Source of the DNA: Phycisphaerae bacterium
GTDB taxonomy: Bacteria > Planctomycetota > Phycisphaerae > UBA1845 > Fen-1342
Assembly: GCA_050115495.1 (NCBI GenBank)
Contig: JASFQK010000003.1
Location: forward strand, 96,001-160,000
Length of the DNA stretch: 64,000 nucleotides
Direction: 5' to 3'
The translations under genes and the position numbers were made by a program. The notes under the pieces are model-generated. The model did not search any database and was not told where the DNA came from. It saw nothing but the letters and a program-made list of their open reading frames with translations. How positions within the stretch are numbered: position 1 is the first letter of the stretch; every line of letters begins with the position of its first letter. Below are positions 51,651 through 60,293 of this stretch, one piece after another.

Positions 51651-51779
51651 TCGTCCGACGGTGGGGTAGCACCCGCGGACCAAAATCCTGCGTTCGTCCG
51701 GCTGCGGGGAACGCAGCCGGACCCGGGGGTACTGTCTGCCCCGGGGGCCGGTCCGGCCGGCCGAAGCCCCGCCGGTAAC

Positions 51780-51807
51780 TACAGGGGTACGGGTCGGTCG
51801 CCGATAT
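51780..51807 (+). promoter_or_regulatory. Putative sigma28 (FliA-type) promoter
   Basis: TACA-N16-GCCGATAT ending 7 nt before ATG 51815. Confidence 0.45.
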
Positions 51808-51814
51808 CGGGGGT

Positions 51815-52192
51815 ATGAAGCGAAACCCAGCCCCACCGAAGAATGAGCAGGACGAGGCCGGCTCGGGAGAGCCTGCTGCGCTGGCCGAAGAACGCCGTGG
51901 CGGCGAGGATCGTCGCTCGCAGTTTGACCGTCGCCGGGGTCCAGGCCGGAGGCGGACCGACTATCGTCGGGCCGCCGAAGAAGGCCACATGAACGAGGAG
52001 CAGCTGGATTTCCTGCGGGCGATGGACGAGTACAAGCGTGTGAATAACCGTCCGTTCCCGACGTGGACCGAGGTGCTGGACCTGGTTCTGTACCTGGGTT
52101 ACCGGCGGGTGGCGGACGTGGGGGAGTTCAAGCTGAGCAAGGGTCGACAGACGCCGTTGCCGGGACAGGACGGGGAGGAAGAGGGGGAGTAG
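51815..52192 (+). CDS. Hypothetical protein with ERR/DRR repeats and [23 protein letters not shown] motif
   Basis: Resembles a conserved planctomycete hypothetical family (from recall); plausible codon use. Confidence 0.75.
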   Translation: MKRNPAPPKNEQDEAGSGEPAALAEERRGGEDRRSQFDRRRGPGRRRTDYRRAAEEGHMNEEQLDFLRAMDEYKRVNNRPFPTWTEVLDLVLYLGYRRVADVGEFKLSKGRQTPLPGQDGEEEGE

Positions 52193-52270
52193 GGGGAGGT
52201 TGGGGGATTCGTCCGATAATGTTCGAGAGGGGGTTCGAAGGTCGGGAGGGGACTGCGCGGGCGGGGCGGT

Positions 52271-52380
52271 AGCCATCAGCCTTCAGCCGTCAGCCTTCAG
52301 CTTCCAGCCGCCGTCCGTCGGCCTTCGTGTTCGGGAGCGGGGTGAGCGTACGGCTGCACTGCTCAAGAGCAGTGGCACAC
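52271..52380. repeat. Heptamer repeat plus CACTGCTCAAGAGCAGTG palindrome
   Basis: Matches 36627-36657 and, inverted with 1 mismatch, 14605-14628. Confidence 0.75.
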
Positions 52381-52522
52381 GGGGGCGGGGTTGGGCTGGT
52401 CGGTAGCCCTGCGCGCATGCGGACGTTGTTTGGGCGGGTGACGACCGATGCGGAGGTTGGTTGTTGCGGGGGGTGGATAGACGGCGCGCGGGGTGGCCGG
52501 TGGGGGCGGGTGGTTTTGCGGC

Positions 52523-52550
52523 TTGACACCGGCGGGGCGGGGGCGTAGCT
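52523..52550 (+). promoter_or_regulatory. Putative sigma70 promoter of the rpmF-fab operon
   Basis: TTGACA-N16-TAGCTT. Confidence 0.55.
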
Positions 52551-52653
52551 TGAGAAGCTCGTCGGTGAGCTAAGTTGCGTACTGGCTTGGGTCTACCCGC
52601 GCGAGCGGGGGCGGTCGCGCTTGGGTCCGGGATCCGTGCAATCGGGAGCAGGC

Positions 52654-52839
52654 ATGTTACCGGTTACAAAGAAATCGAAATCACGCAAACGCACCCGCCG
52701 GTCTCATCTGGCGCTGCGTGGCGTGCAGTTGTCTGCGTGCCCGCAATGCGGGCAGGCCAAGCGGACGCATGCCGCATGCGCTAACTGCGGCTATGTGAAC
52801 GCGCATACCAAGATCAAGGTCGGGACCGAGGAGTCTTAA
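52654..52839 (+). CDS. rpmF: 50S ribosomal protein L32 (zinc-ribbon form)
   Basis: KKSKSRKRTRRSH, CPQCG..HAACANCGY; directly upstream of plsX. Confidence 0.95.
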   Translation: MLPVTKKSKSRKRTRRSHLALRGVQLSACPQCGQAKRTHAACANCGYVNAHTKIKVGTEES

Positions 52840-52844
52840 CCACC

Positions 52845-53831
52845 ATGCGGATCGCCGTGGACGCGATGGGGGGAGATCACGCGCCGCGGGAGACTGTCCG
52901 GGGCGCAGGCCGAGGGCTCACGTTCCTGGCCGACAACGACGAGCTGATCCTGTACGGGCCGCAGGAGCGCGTCGAGCAGGAATGCCGCGAACTCGGTCTG
53001 TCCGACCGTCGCCTGCGCGTTGAACCGTGCTCTGAAGTCATCGGGATGGATGAGCCGCCGATCGAGGCCCTGCGCCACAAGCGGGACTCGACCATCTACC
53101 GTATGGCCCAGGCTGCGGCCCAGGGCGAGGTGGACGCGATCATCTCGGCGGGCAACACGGGGGCGTTCGCCGCAGCGTGCCAGCTCAAGATCGGCACCCT
53201 GCCGGGCGTGTCCCGGCCGGGGATCGCCGTGGCCATTCCCACGTTTCACGGCGCCGTGCTGGTCTGTGACGTCGGGGCCAACGTCGCCCCGAAGCCGCGG
53301 CACCTGTACGAATACGCCTGGATGAGCACGTGCTACGCGCGCGAGCTGCTGAAGGTCAAAGAGCCGCGGGTCGCGATGATGTCCATCGGCGAAGAGGACG
53401 CCAAGGGCAACACGCTGGTCAAGGAAGCCCGGCAGCTCATCAAGCAGGATGAGTCGCTGCGTTTCGTCGGGAACGTCGAGGGACGCGACCTGCTCTCCGG
53501 AGCGTGCGACGTCTGCATCTGCGACGGCTTCGTCGGGAACGTCATTCTGAAACTGACCGAGGGGCTGGCCGAGGGGCTGTTCAAGACGATCGTGCATGAA
53601 ATCAAGGAGGCCTGCGCGGACCTCGTGCCGCGCTTCGAGCCGATCGTGCAGCGCATCTGGGCCCGGCACGACTTCGCCGAGTACGGCGGCGCTCCGCTGC
53701 TGGGCATCAACAGCGTGGCGATCATCTGCCACGGGCGCAGCGACGAACGAGCGATCGGCAACGCCATCCGCGTGGCTCAGGAGGAGATCCGCGTGCGGCT
53801 GAATGAGATTATCGCCAAGGGTGGGCTATGA
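52845..53831 (+). CDS. plsX: Phosphate acyltransferase PlsX
   Basis: MRIAVDAMGGDHAP, SAGNTGA, DGFVGNV, YGGAPLLG, ICHGRS. Confidence 0.97.
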   Translation: MRIAVDAMGGDHAPRETVRGAGRGLTFLADNDELILYGPQERVEQECRELGLSDRRLRVEPCSEVIGMDEPPIEALRHKRDSTIYRMAQAAAQGEVDAIISAGNTGAFAAACQLKIGTLPGVSRPGIAVAIPTFHGAVLVCDVGANVAPKPRHLYEYAWMSTCYARELLKVKEPRVAMMSIGEEDAKGNTLVKEARQLIKQDESLRFVGNVEGRDLLSGACDVCICDGFVGNVILKLTEGLAEGLFKTIVHEIKEACADLVPRFEPIVQRIWARHDFAEYGGAPLLGINSVAIICHGRSDERAIGNAIRVAQEEIRVRLNEIIAKGGL

Positions 53832-54820
53832 AGCTGGGCTGGCCCGTTGAGCTGGCCGGCACCGGCCTGTACGTTCCGGAGCGCGTAGTTACCAACGAAG
53901 ACTTCATGCGGCGGCTCGATACGTCGGACGAGTGGATCGTGCAGCGCACGGGGATCCACGAGCGGCGGATCATCGGGCCGGACGACAGCACGCTGACGAT
54001 GGCCACGGAGGCGTGCAAGGCCGCGCTGGCCGACGCCGGGATAACGCCGGAAGACGTGGACCTGATCATCTGCGGAACGATCACGCCGGAGTACATCCTG
54101 CCGTCGACGGCGTGTCTCCTGCAGGACACGCTGGGTTGCCGCTGGGTGCCGGCGTTCGACCTGTCGGCGGCGTGCAGCGGGTACGTGTGGAGCTTCCTGA
54201 CCGGTGCTCAGTACATCGCCAGTGGCATGGCGCGCAACGTGCTCGTGGTCGGCGCCGAGACGCTGACGGCCATCACCGACATGGAAGACCGGGCTACGGC
54301 GATCCTGTTCGGCGACGGGGCCGGGGCGGCCGTGCTGCGGGCGGCCACCGATCCACAGCGTGGCATTCTGGCGGCGCGGCAGGGGGCCGACGGCAAACGC
54401 GGCATGCTGATCAATATCCCCGCCGGCGGTGCACGCCATCCGGCGTCGGAGAAGACGGTCGCCGAGCGCATGCACTACATGCGCATGCGCGGGCGCGAGG
54501 TCTATAAGTTCGCCGTCACGCAGATGCACGAGATCATCCACGAGACGGCGGCCGATGCCGGTGTCTCGGTGGCTGATCTCGCCCTGGTCGTGCCGCACCA
54601 GTCGAACCTGCGGATCATCGAGTCGGCGTGCGAGCGGGCCGGTGTGCCCGCGGAGCGCGTCCTCGTGAACATCGATCGCTACGGCAACACTTCGGCCGCC
54701 TCGGTGGGCATCGCCCTGCACGAGGCCCGGCGCGACGGACGGATCAAGTCCGGCGACCTGGTGATGCTGGTGGCGTTCGGCGCCGGCCTGACGTGGGGTT
54801 CCGTGCTGATGAGGGTCTAG
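53828..54820 (+). CDS. fabH: 3-oxoacyl-ACP synthase III
   Basis: AACSG, LFGDGAGA, PHQSN, GNTSAAS, FGAGLTW. Confidence 0.96.
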   Translation: MKLGWPVELAGTGLYVPERVVTNEDFMRRLDTSDEWIVQRTGIHERRIIGPDDSTLTMATEACKAALADAGITPEDVDLIICGTITPEYILPSTACLLQDTLGCRWVPAFDLSAACSGYVWSFLTGAQYIASGMARNVLVVGAETLTAITDMEDRATAILFGDGAGAAVLRAATDPQRGILAARQGADGKRGMLINIPAGGARHPASEKTVAERMHYMRMRGREVYKFAVTQMHEIIHETAADAGVSVADLALVVPHQSNLRIIESACERAGVPAERVLVNIDRYGNTSAASVGIALHEARRDGRIKSGDLVMLVAFGAGLTWGSVLMRV

Positions 54821-54822
54821 TG

Positions 54823-55743
54823 ATGAGCGGCAATGCAGCGATATTCCCGGGGCAGGGGGCCCAGGAAGTCGGCATGGGCCAGGATGTGTTCGCAGCCTGC
54901 AACGTGGCGGCGGAGACGTTCGCGGCCGCCGACCAGGTGCTCGGCTTCGAGCTGTCGAAACTCTGCTTCGAGGGCCCGGCCGATCGCCTGAACGCGACAG
55001 ACATCCAGCAGCCGGCGATCTTCACGACGAGCGTGGCGCTGTTTCGGGCGGCGCTGGATCGCGGCTTGCTGAAGGCGGATCAGTTCGCCGCCATGGGTGG
55101 CCTGAGCCTCGGCGAGTACACGGCCCTGCACCTGGCTGGCGCCCTGTCGTTCGAGGCGGCCCTGCGGCTCGTCTATCGCCGGGGGCAGCTCATGCAGCAG
55201 GCCTGCGAGGCCAGCCCCGGCGGCATGGTCTCGCTGATGGGCATGAACGAGGAGCAGGTGCTGGCCCTCTGTGAGCGCGTGCAAGAGCACGGCCGCGTCG
55301 GGCCGGCGAACTTCAACTGCCCGGGGCAGATCGTGATTTCGGGCGACCGGGCGGCGTGCACGGCGGCCACGGGACAGGCGGAGGCGTTCGGCGGGCGGGC
55401 CATTCCGCTCGACGTCGCCGGCGCCTTCCACAGCGAATTGATGCGGCCGGCGGCGGAGGCCCTGCGCGAGACGCTGGCGGCCAGCGAGTTCCAGACGCCG
55501 CGCGTGCGGGTTATCACCAACGTCAACGCCGAGTATCATGGCGATCCGGCGAGCATCCGCGACGCGCTGTACCAACAGGTGTTCAATCCAGTCCGCTGGC
55601 ACGCCTGCGTGGAGCGGCTGGTGGCGGACGGTTGCGACGCGTTCTGGGAGGTGGGGCCGAAACGCGTCCTGGCCGGCCTGATGCGGAAGATCAACCGCCA
55701 GGTGAAGACCAGCAACGTGGGCAAGCTCTCGGATCTGGGCTGA
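54823..55743 (+). CDS. fabD: Malonyl-CoA:ACP transacylase
   Basis: FPGQGAQ, GLSLGEY, GAFHS, EVGP. Confidence 0.96.
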   Translation: MSGNAAIFPGQGAQEVGMGQDVFAACNVAAETFAAADQVLGFELSKLCFEGPADRLNATDIQQPAIFTTSVALFRAALDRGLLKADQFAAMGGLSLGEYTALHLAGALSFEAALRLVYRRGQLMQQACEASPGGMVSLMGMNEEQVLALCERVQEHGRVGPANFNCPGQIVISGDRAACTAATGQAEAFGGRAIPLDVAGAFHSELMRPAAEALRETLAASEFQTPRVRVITNVNAEYHGDPASIRDALYQQVFNPVRWHACVERLVADGCDAFWEVGPKRVLAGLMRKINRQVKTSNVGKLSDLG

Positions 55744-55763
55744 AGCGCACGGGAGGTGCAACG

Positions 55764-56504
55764 GTGAGCTTGAAGGAGCAAGTGGCACTGGTGACCGGCG
55801 GGTCGCGCGGCATCGGCCAGGCGATTTGTGTGGAGCTGGCCCGGCAGGGGGCCACCGTCGTGGCCGCCGCCCGTAACGTGGCCCGTATCCAGGAGTGGAT
55901 CGAGCAGGAGTCAGAGCTGGCCGGCCGTGTCACGGCGGCGAGCGTCGACGTCACCGATCGGGCGGCGGTGGACAGCCTGATCGAGCAGACCGTCGAACAC
56001 GCGGGCCGCATCGATATCCTGGTCAACAACGCCGGCATCACCCGCGATGGGCTGGTCATGAGCATGGAAGATGACCAGTTCGACGACGTGCTGAACACGA
56101 ATCTGCGGGCGGCCTTCTGGACGACGCGGGCGGTGTGCCGGCACATGATCCGGGCCCGCCGCGGGCGCATCATCAACATCTCCAGTGTTTCCGGCATCAT
56201 GGGAAATCCCGGCCAGGCGAACTACGCAGCGGCCAAGGCCGGGCTCATCGGCATGACCAAATCGGTGGCCAAGGAAGTGGCCAAGCGCGGCGTAACCTGT
56301 AACGCCGTGGCACCCGGCTTCATTCAGACCGAGATGGTCGAGACCCTGCCGGAGAAGTACCTGGCCGAGATCACGCCGCTGATTCCGATGCGGCGTATCG
56401 GTCGCCCGGAGGAAGTGGCGGCGCTGGTGGCCTTCCTGGCCAGCCCGGGCGCCAGCTACGTCACCGGGCAGGTCTTCGTCGTCGACGGCGGATTGCATAC
56501 CTAG
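55764..56504 (+). CDS. fabG: 3-oxoacyl-ACP reductase
   Basis: [32 protein letters not shown] before GTG. Confidence 0.96.
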   Translation: MSLKEQVALVTGGSRGIGQAICVELARQGATVVAAARNVARIQEWIEQESELAGRVTAASVDVTDRAAVDSLIEQTVEHAGRIDILVNNAGITRDGLVMSMEDDQFDDVLNTNLRAAFWTTRAVCRHMIRARRGRIINISSVSGIMGNPGQANYAAAKAGLIGMTKSVAKEVAKRGVTCNAVAPGFIQTEMVETLPEKYLAEITPLIPMRRIGRPEEVAALVAFLASPGASYVTGQVFVVDGGLHT

Positions 56505-56561
56505 TACTCCCGCCGCCGATTCGCGACCACTTCCATCTCATTCGACGAAAGGACGCGTAAC

Positions 56562-57671
56562 GTGCCCGCCCATCCCAAAGCGATCCGACGCATCGGCGTG
56601 TTGACCGGCGGCGGCGACTGCCCCGGGCTCAACGCGGTCATCCGGGTGGTAACCAAGGCGGCCATCTCCAAGCTCGGCTTGCAGGTCGTCGGCATCGAGG
56701 ACGGCTTCCTCGGGCTGATCCGCAACCGCATGCGCATGCTCGATACGACGGCCGTGTCGAACATCCTGGCCACCGGGGGCACGATTCTGGGGACGAGCAA
56801 CAAGGCGAATCCGTCCCGCTTCGCCGTCGGCACCGACGCCGAGGGCAAGCCTATCTTCGAGGACGTCACGCAGCGCGTGCTCGAGCATTTGCAGGAACGC
56901 GAGATCGACGGGCTCATCTGCATCGGCGGCGATGGAACGATGTCCGGGGCGATCAACCTGATCAAGCGCGGCATACCCTGCATCGGCGTGCCGAAGACGA
57001 TCGACAACGACCTGATGCACAGCGACATCACGTTCGGCTTCACGACGGCGGTGGAGACGGCGACGGGGTGCCTGGACCGCATCCACTCGACCGCGTCGAG
57101 CCACCACCGGGTGATGGTGGTCGAGCTGATGGGGCGGAACGCCGGCTGGCTGGCGCTGCACGCTGGCCTGGCCAGCGGATCGGACGTCGTGCTGATTCCG
57201 GAGATTCCCTTCGATATCGAGAAGGTGTGCGAGACGTGCCTGCACCGCTCGAAACACGGTAAGCGTTTCACGCTCGTCGCCGTCTCGGAGGGCGCCCGTC
57301 CGAAGGGTGGCCAGCAGGTTGTCGACAAGATCGTGCACGACAGTCCGGACCCGATTCGTCTCGGCGGTGTGAGCACGGTTCTGGCCGAGCAGATCTCCGC
57401 GCGAACCCACCTGGAAACGCGGGCGACGATCCTGGGACATATTCAGCGCGGCGGCCCGCCCGTTGCCGCGGACCGCGTGCTGGCTACGACGCTGGGGCAC
57501 CGGGCCATTCAGCTCGTCGCCACGGGTGAATGGAACAATGTGGTCGTCGTGCAGGAAGGGGAGACGCGTTTCGTGCCCATCGAATCCGTGGCCGATCAGC
57601 AGCGGTGCGTGCCCGAGGACGATCCACTCATCGGCGTGGCCCGATCCATCGACACCTGCATGGGTGACTGA
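56562..57671 (+). CDS. pfkA: 6-phosphofructokinase (group III type)
   Basis: TGGGDCPGLN, GGDGT, PKTIDND, MGRNAGW, LGHIQRGG. Confidence 0.95.
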   Translation: MPAHPKAIRRIGVLTGGGDCPGLNAVIRVVTKAAISKLGLQVVGIEDGFLGLIRNRMRMLDTTAVSNILATGGTILGTSNKANPSRFAVGTDAEGKPIFEDVTQRVLEHLQEREIDGLICIGGDGTMSGAINLIKRGIPCIGVPKTIDNDLMHSDITFGFTTAVETATGCLDRIHSTASSHHRVMVVELMGRNAGWLALHAGLASGSDVVLIPEIPFDIEKVCETCLHRSKHGKRFTLVAVSEGARPKGGQQVVDKIVHDSPDPIRLGGVSTVLAEQISARTHLETRATILGHIQRGGPPVAADRVLATTLGHRAIQLVATGEWNNVVVVQEGETRFVPIESVADQQRCVPEDDPLIGVARSIDTCMGD

Positions 57672-57722
57672 CGCGGCGCCGGCGGCGGGCCTGACCCGGC
57701 ACGCGGAACGGGAAGGAATCGC

Positions 57723-58163
57723 ATGATCCGGCGACTGGTCAGCGCGGCGCTGCTGGTGGGCGGGTTGCTCGCCCTCGGTCGGGCGCTGTTGACCGAGCCG
57801 CTCGATCAGCGGCGGGCGGTGGCGGTGACGCTGCTGCTGGCGGTGGGGGCCGGGTTGAACGTGATTGGTTTGCTGGGCAGCACGCTGCCCGTGCGGAACT
57901 GGCTGCGTGGACTGGCGGTGGTCGTCGGATTGGCGGCGCTGGCGGCAGTGCTGGGTCTGCGGTGGTCGGCCGAGCGCGTGCTCGATGACGTTTCGCCGGC
58001 CAACCGCGAGGGGCGGGCGTACGTTTCGCAGGTGCTGGGTGGGTCGCAGTGGCACGCCCTGGGTGTGGGTTACGCGACGGTTTCGGTTCTGTTTCTGCCA
58101 CCGTATCGCCGGTCGAAAGCCGCGCCGGCTGCGGATGTTCCGCCGGAGGGTGAGGCGGAGTAG
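57723..58163 (+). CDS. Hypothetical membrane protein
   Basis: Several hydrophobic segments; GGAAGGA RBS. Confidence 0.6.
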   Translation: MIRRLVSAALLVGGLLALGRALLTEPLDQRRAVAVTLLLAVGAGLNVIGLLGSTLPVRNWLRGLAVVVGLAALAAVLGLRWSAERVLDDVSPANREGRAYVSQVLGGSQWHALGVGYATVSVLFLPPYRRSKAAPAADVPPEGEAE

Positions 58164-58270
58164 GGGGGGGGCGGGGTTTGCCGCTGATGAGCGAGCGGCT
58201 ATCGTAGCCGGGGCGAGCCGCGGAGTGGTGCGGCTGGCGCCGGTTGGCTATGACGGAAGGATGGATGCCG

Positions 58271-58816
58271 ATGTCGGGCAACCTGTGTGAACATTGCACG
58301 GGCGTGTGCTGCAAGTACATCGCCCTGCCGATCGATACGCCGGAGACGAAGGCCGATTTCGACGATGTGCGGTGGTATCTGCTGCACGAGAACGTGTCGG
58401 TGTTCGTGGAGGACGGGTCGTGGTACATCAACATGGCGACGCCATGCCGGCATTTGCAGGCGGACAATCGTTGTGGGATTTACGCGACGCGGCCGCGGAT
58501 TTGCCGGAAGTACACGACCGATAACTGCGACTACCATTCGGGTGATTACGGGTGGGAGCAGCATTTCACCTGCCCCGAGCATCTGGATGTCTATGTAACC
58601 GAGAAAGTCTCGAAGTCCGGGAATCGCAAGGTTAGAAATGGATCCTCGAATACACGGGGATCCGAGAAATCCTCGAAGAGCAAGATACACTTGAATAGGA
58701 AGATGCCCGGTCCCGGCAGCGGCGTGATCGGGCGTGATCCAGCGGGGGCGCGGCTGGCCGAGGCGCGGACGGATATCGCCGGCGTGAACCTGCCCGTGCT
58801 GGGAGACGGCGCATGA
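58271..58816 (+). CDS. YkgJ-like Cys-rich metal-cluster protein
   Basis: CEHCTGVCCKY, CRHL..CGIYATRPRICRKY..CDY. Confidence 0.88.
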   Translation: MSGNLCEHCTGVCCKYIALPIDTPETKADFDDVRWYLLHENVSVFVEDGSWYINMATPCRHLQADNRCGIYATRPRICRKYTTDNCDYHSGDYGWEQHFTCPEHLDVYVTEKVSKSGNRKVRNGSSNTRGSEKSSKSKIHLNRKMPGPGSGVIGRDPAGARLAEARTDIAGVNLPVLGDGA

Positions 58817-60114
58817 AGATCCAGTCCCCGCCGGGAATGCGTGATTTCTACCCCGACGACATGCGCCGGCAGCGCTGGCTGTTCGACCTGTGGCGCGACG
58901 TGTCACTGGCCTGCGGCTGTGAGGAGTACGAAGGGCCCATCTTCGAATATCTCGACCTGTACACGGTCAAGAGCGGAGAGGGCATCGTCTCGGAGCTGTT
59001 CAATTTCACCGATCGCGGCGAGCGGCGGTTCGCCATCCGGCCGGAGATGACGCCGACGCTGGCTCGCATGGTGGCGGCGCGGGCGAACGCGCTGTCGCGG
59101 CCGATCAAGTGGTTCAGCGTGCCGCGGATGTGCCGGGCGGAGAAGCCGCAGCGGGGTCGGCTGCGCGAGTTCTTCCAGTGGAACGTGGACATCCTGGGTG
59201 TCGACGACGTGCTGGCCGACGCCGAGGTGATTGCGGTCGCCGTCGAGTTTCTGCGGCGGGTCGGGCTCACGCCGGCGGACGTGGTGATGCGGATCAGCAG
59301 CCGGCCGCTGGCGACGGCGGTGCTGGGGGCGCTGGGTGTCGAGCGCGAGCAGGTCGGCAGGGCGTTCGAGCTGATCGACCGGTTCGACAAGCTGGGCGTG
59401 GAGGAGTTTCGGCGGCAGTGGCAGGAGTTCGCGCCGCGCGTTTCGCCGGATGGACTGCTGGAGCAGCTCGAACGGACGGACCTGGCGGGTTGTTTGCGCC
59501 TCCTGGAGAAGGAGGGCGATGCGGGGACGGCGGCGCGGCAGCAGTTCGAGGAGTTATGGGAGCGGCTGCGGGCGCTCGACGTGGTCGAGTATTGCGCGTT
59601 CGACCTGAAGGTCGTGCGCGGCCTCGCGTACTACACCGGGCCCGTCTTCGAGGTCACCGCCCAGCGCGGCGGCCTGCGGGCGCTGCTCGGCGGCGGACGC
59701 TACGACAACCTGACCGAATTGCTCGATGGGCCACGCGTCTCGGGCGTCGGTTTCGGCATGGGCGACGCTCCGGTCCTGGAGTGCTTGCGAGAACTCAGCA
59801 AGTTGCCGGATCTCAGCCAGACGCTCGATCTGTTCGTGATGGACGCGGGCGGCGAGTACTTCGACCGCGTGCTCGAAATCGCCACGCAGCTTCGGCGGGC
59901 GGGGCTGACGGTGGATTTCTCGTACAAGCGGCAGGCGATCGGGAAGCAGTTCAAGCAGGCGTCGGGCCGTGGAGCCCGGTATGCGATCGTCGTCGGCGGC
60001 GAATACGACGAAAAACGACAGTTGACGGTGAAGAACCTATCCACGGGCGAGCAGGAGGCGGTGTCGGCCGAGAAGCTCCTGGCGGACCCGCGTGCGCTGC
60101 TGGCGAGCATTTGA
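58813..60114 (+). CDS. hisS: Histidine--tRNA ligase
   Basis: GMRDFYP, RPEMT, PQRGRLREFFQ, RGLAYYTG, GGGRYD. Confidence 0.97.
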   Translation: MKIQSPPGMRDFYPDDMRRQRWLFDLWRDVSLACGCEEYEGPIFEYLDLYTVKSGEGIVSELFNFTDRGERRFAIRPEMTPTLARMVAARANALSRPIKWFSVPRMCRAEKPQRGRLREFFQWNVDILGVDDVLADAEVIAVAVEFLRRVGLTPADVVMRISSRPLATAVLGALGVEREQVGRAFELIDRFDKLGVEEFRRQWQEFAPRVSPDGLLEQLERTDLAGCLRLLEKEGDAGTAARQQFEELWERLRALDVVEYCAFDLKVVRGLAYYTGPVFEVTAQRGGLRALLGGGRYDNLTELLDGPRVSGVGFGMGDAPVLECLRELSKLPDLSQTLDLFVMDAGGEYFDRVLEIATQLRRAGLTVDFSYKRQAIGKQFKQASGRGARYAIVVGGEYDEKRQLTVKNLSTGEQEAVSAEKLLADPRALLASI

Positions 60115-60293
60115 ACGAGCGCGGACACGGGGTGGGAGAGAACAGGGGGGCGGGCGGTGCAGCTCGAAGGAGAGCGGGCACACAGGGCTCGCACGGGCTT
60201 TCACCCTCCGCCGCGACGCGTGACGCCGCACTGGGCGGCGTCACACGCCACGGCCGGAATTACCCGGCGCGGGAGGGGAGAGGAGGCCACCAA

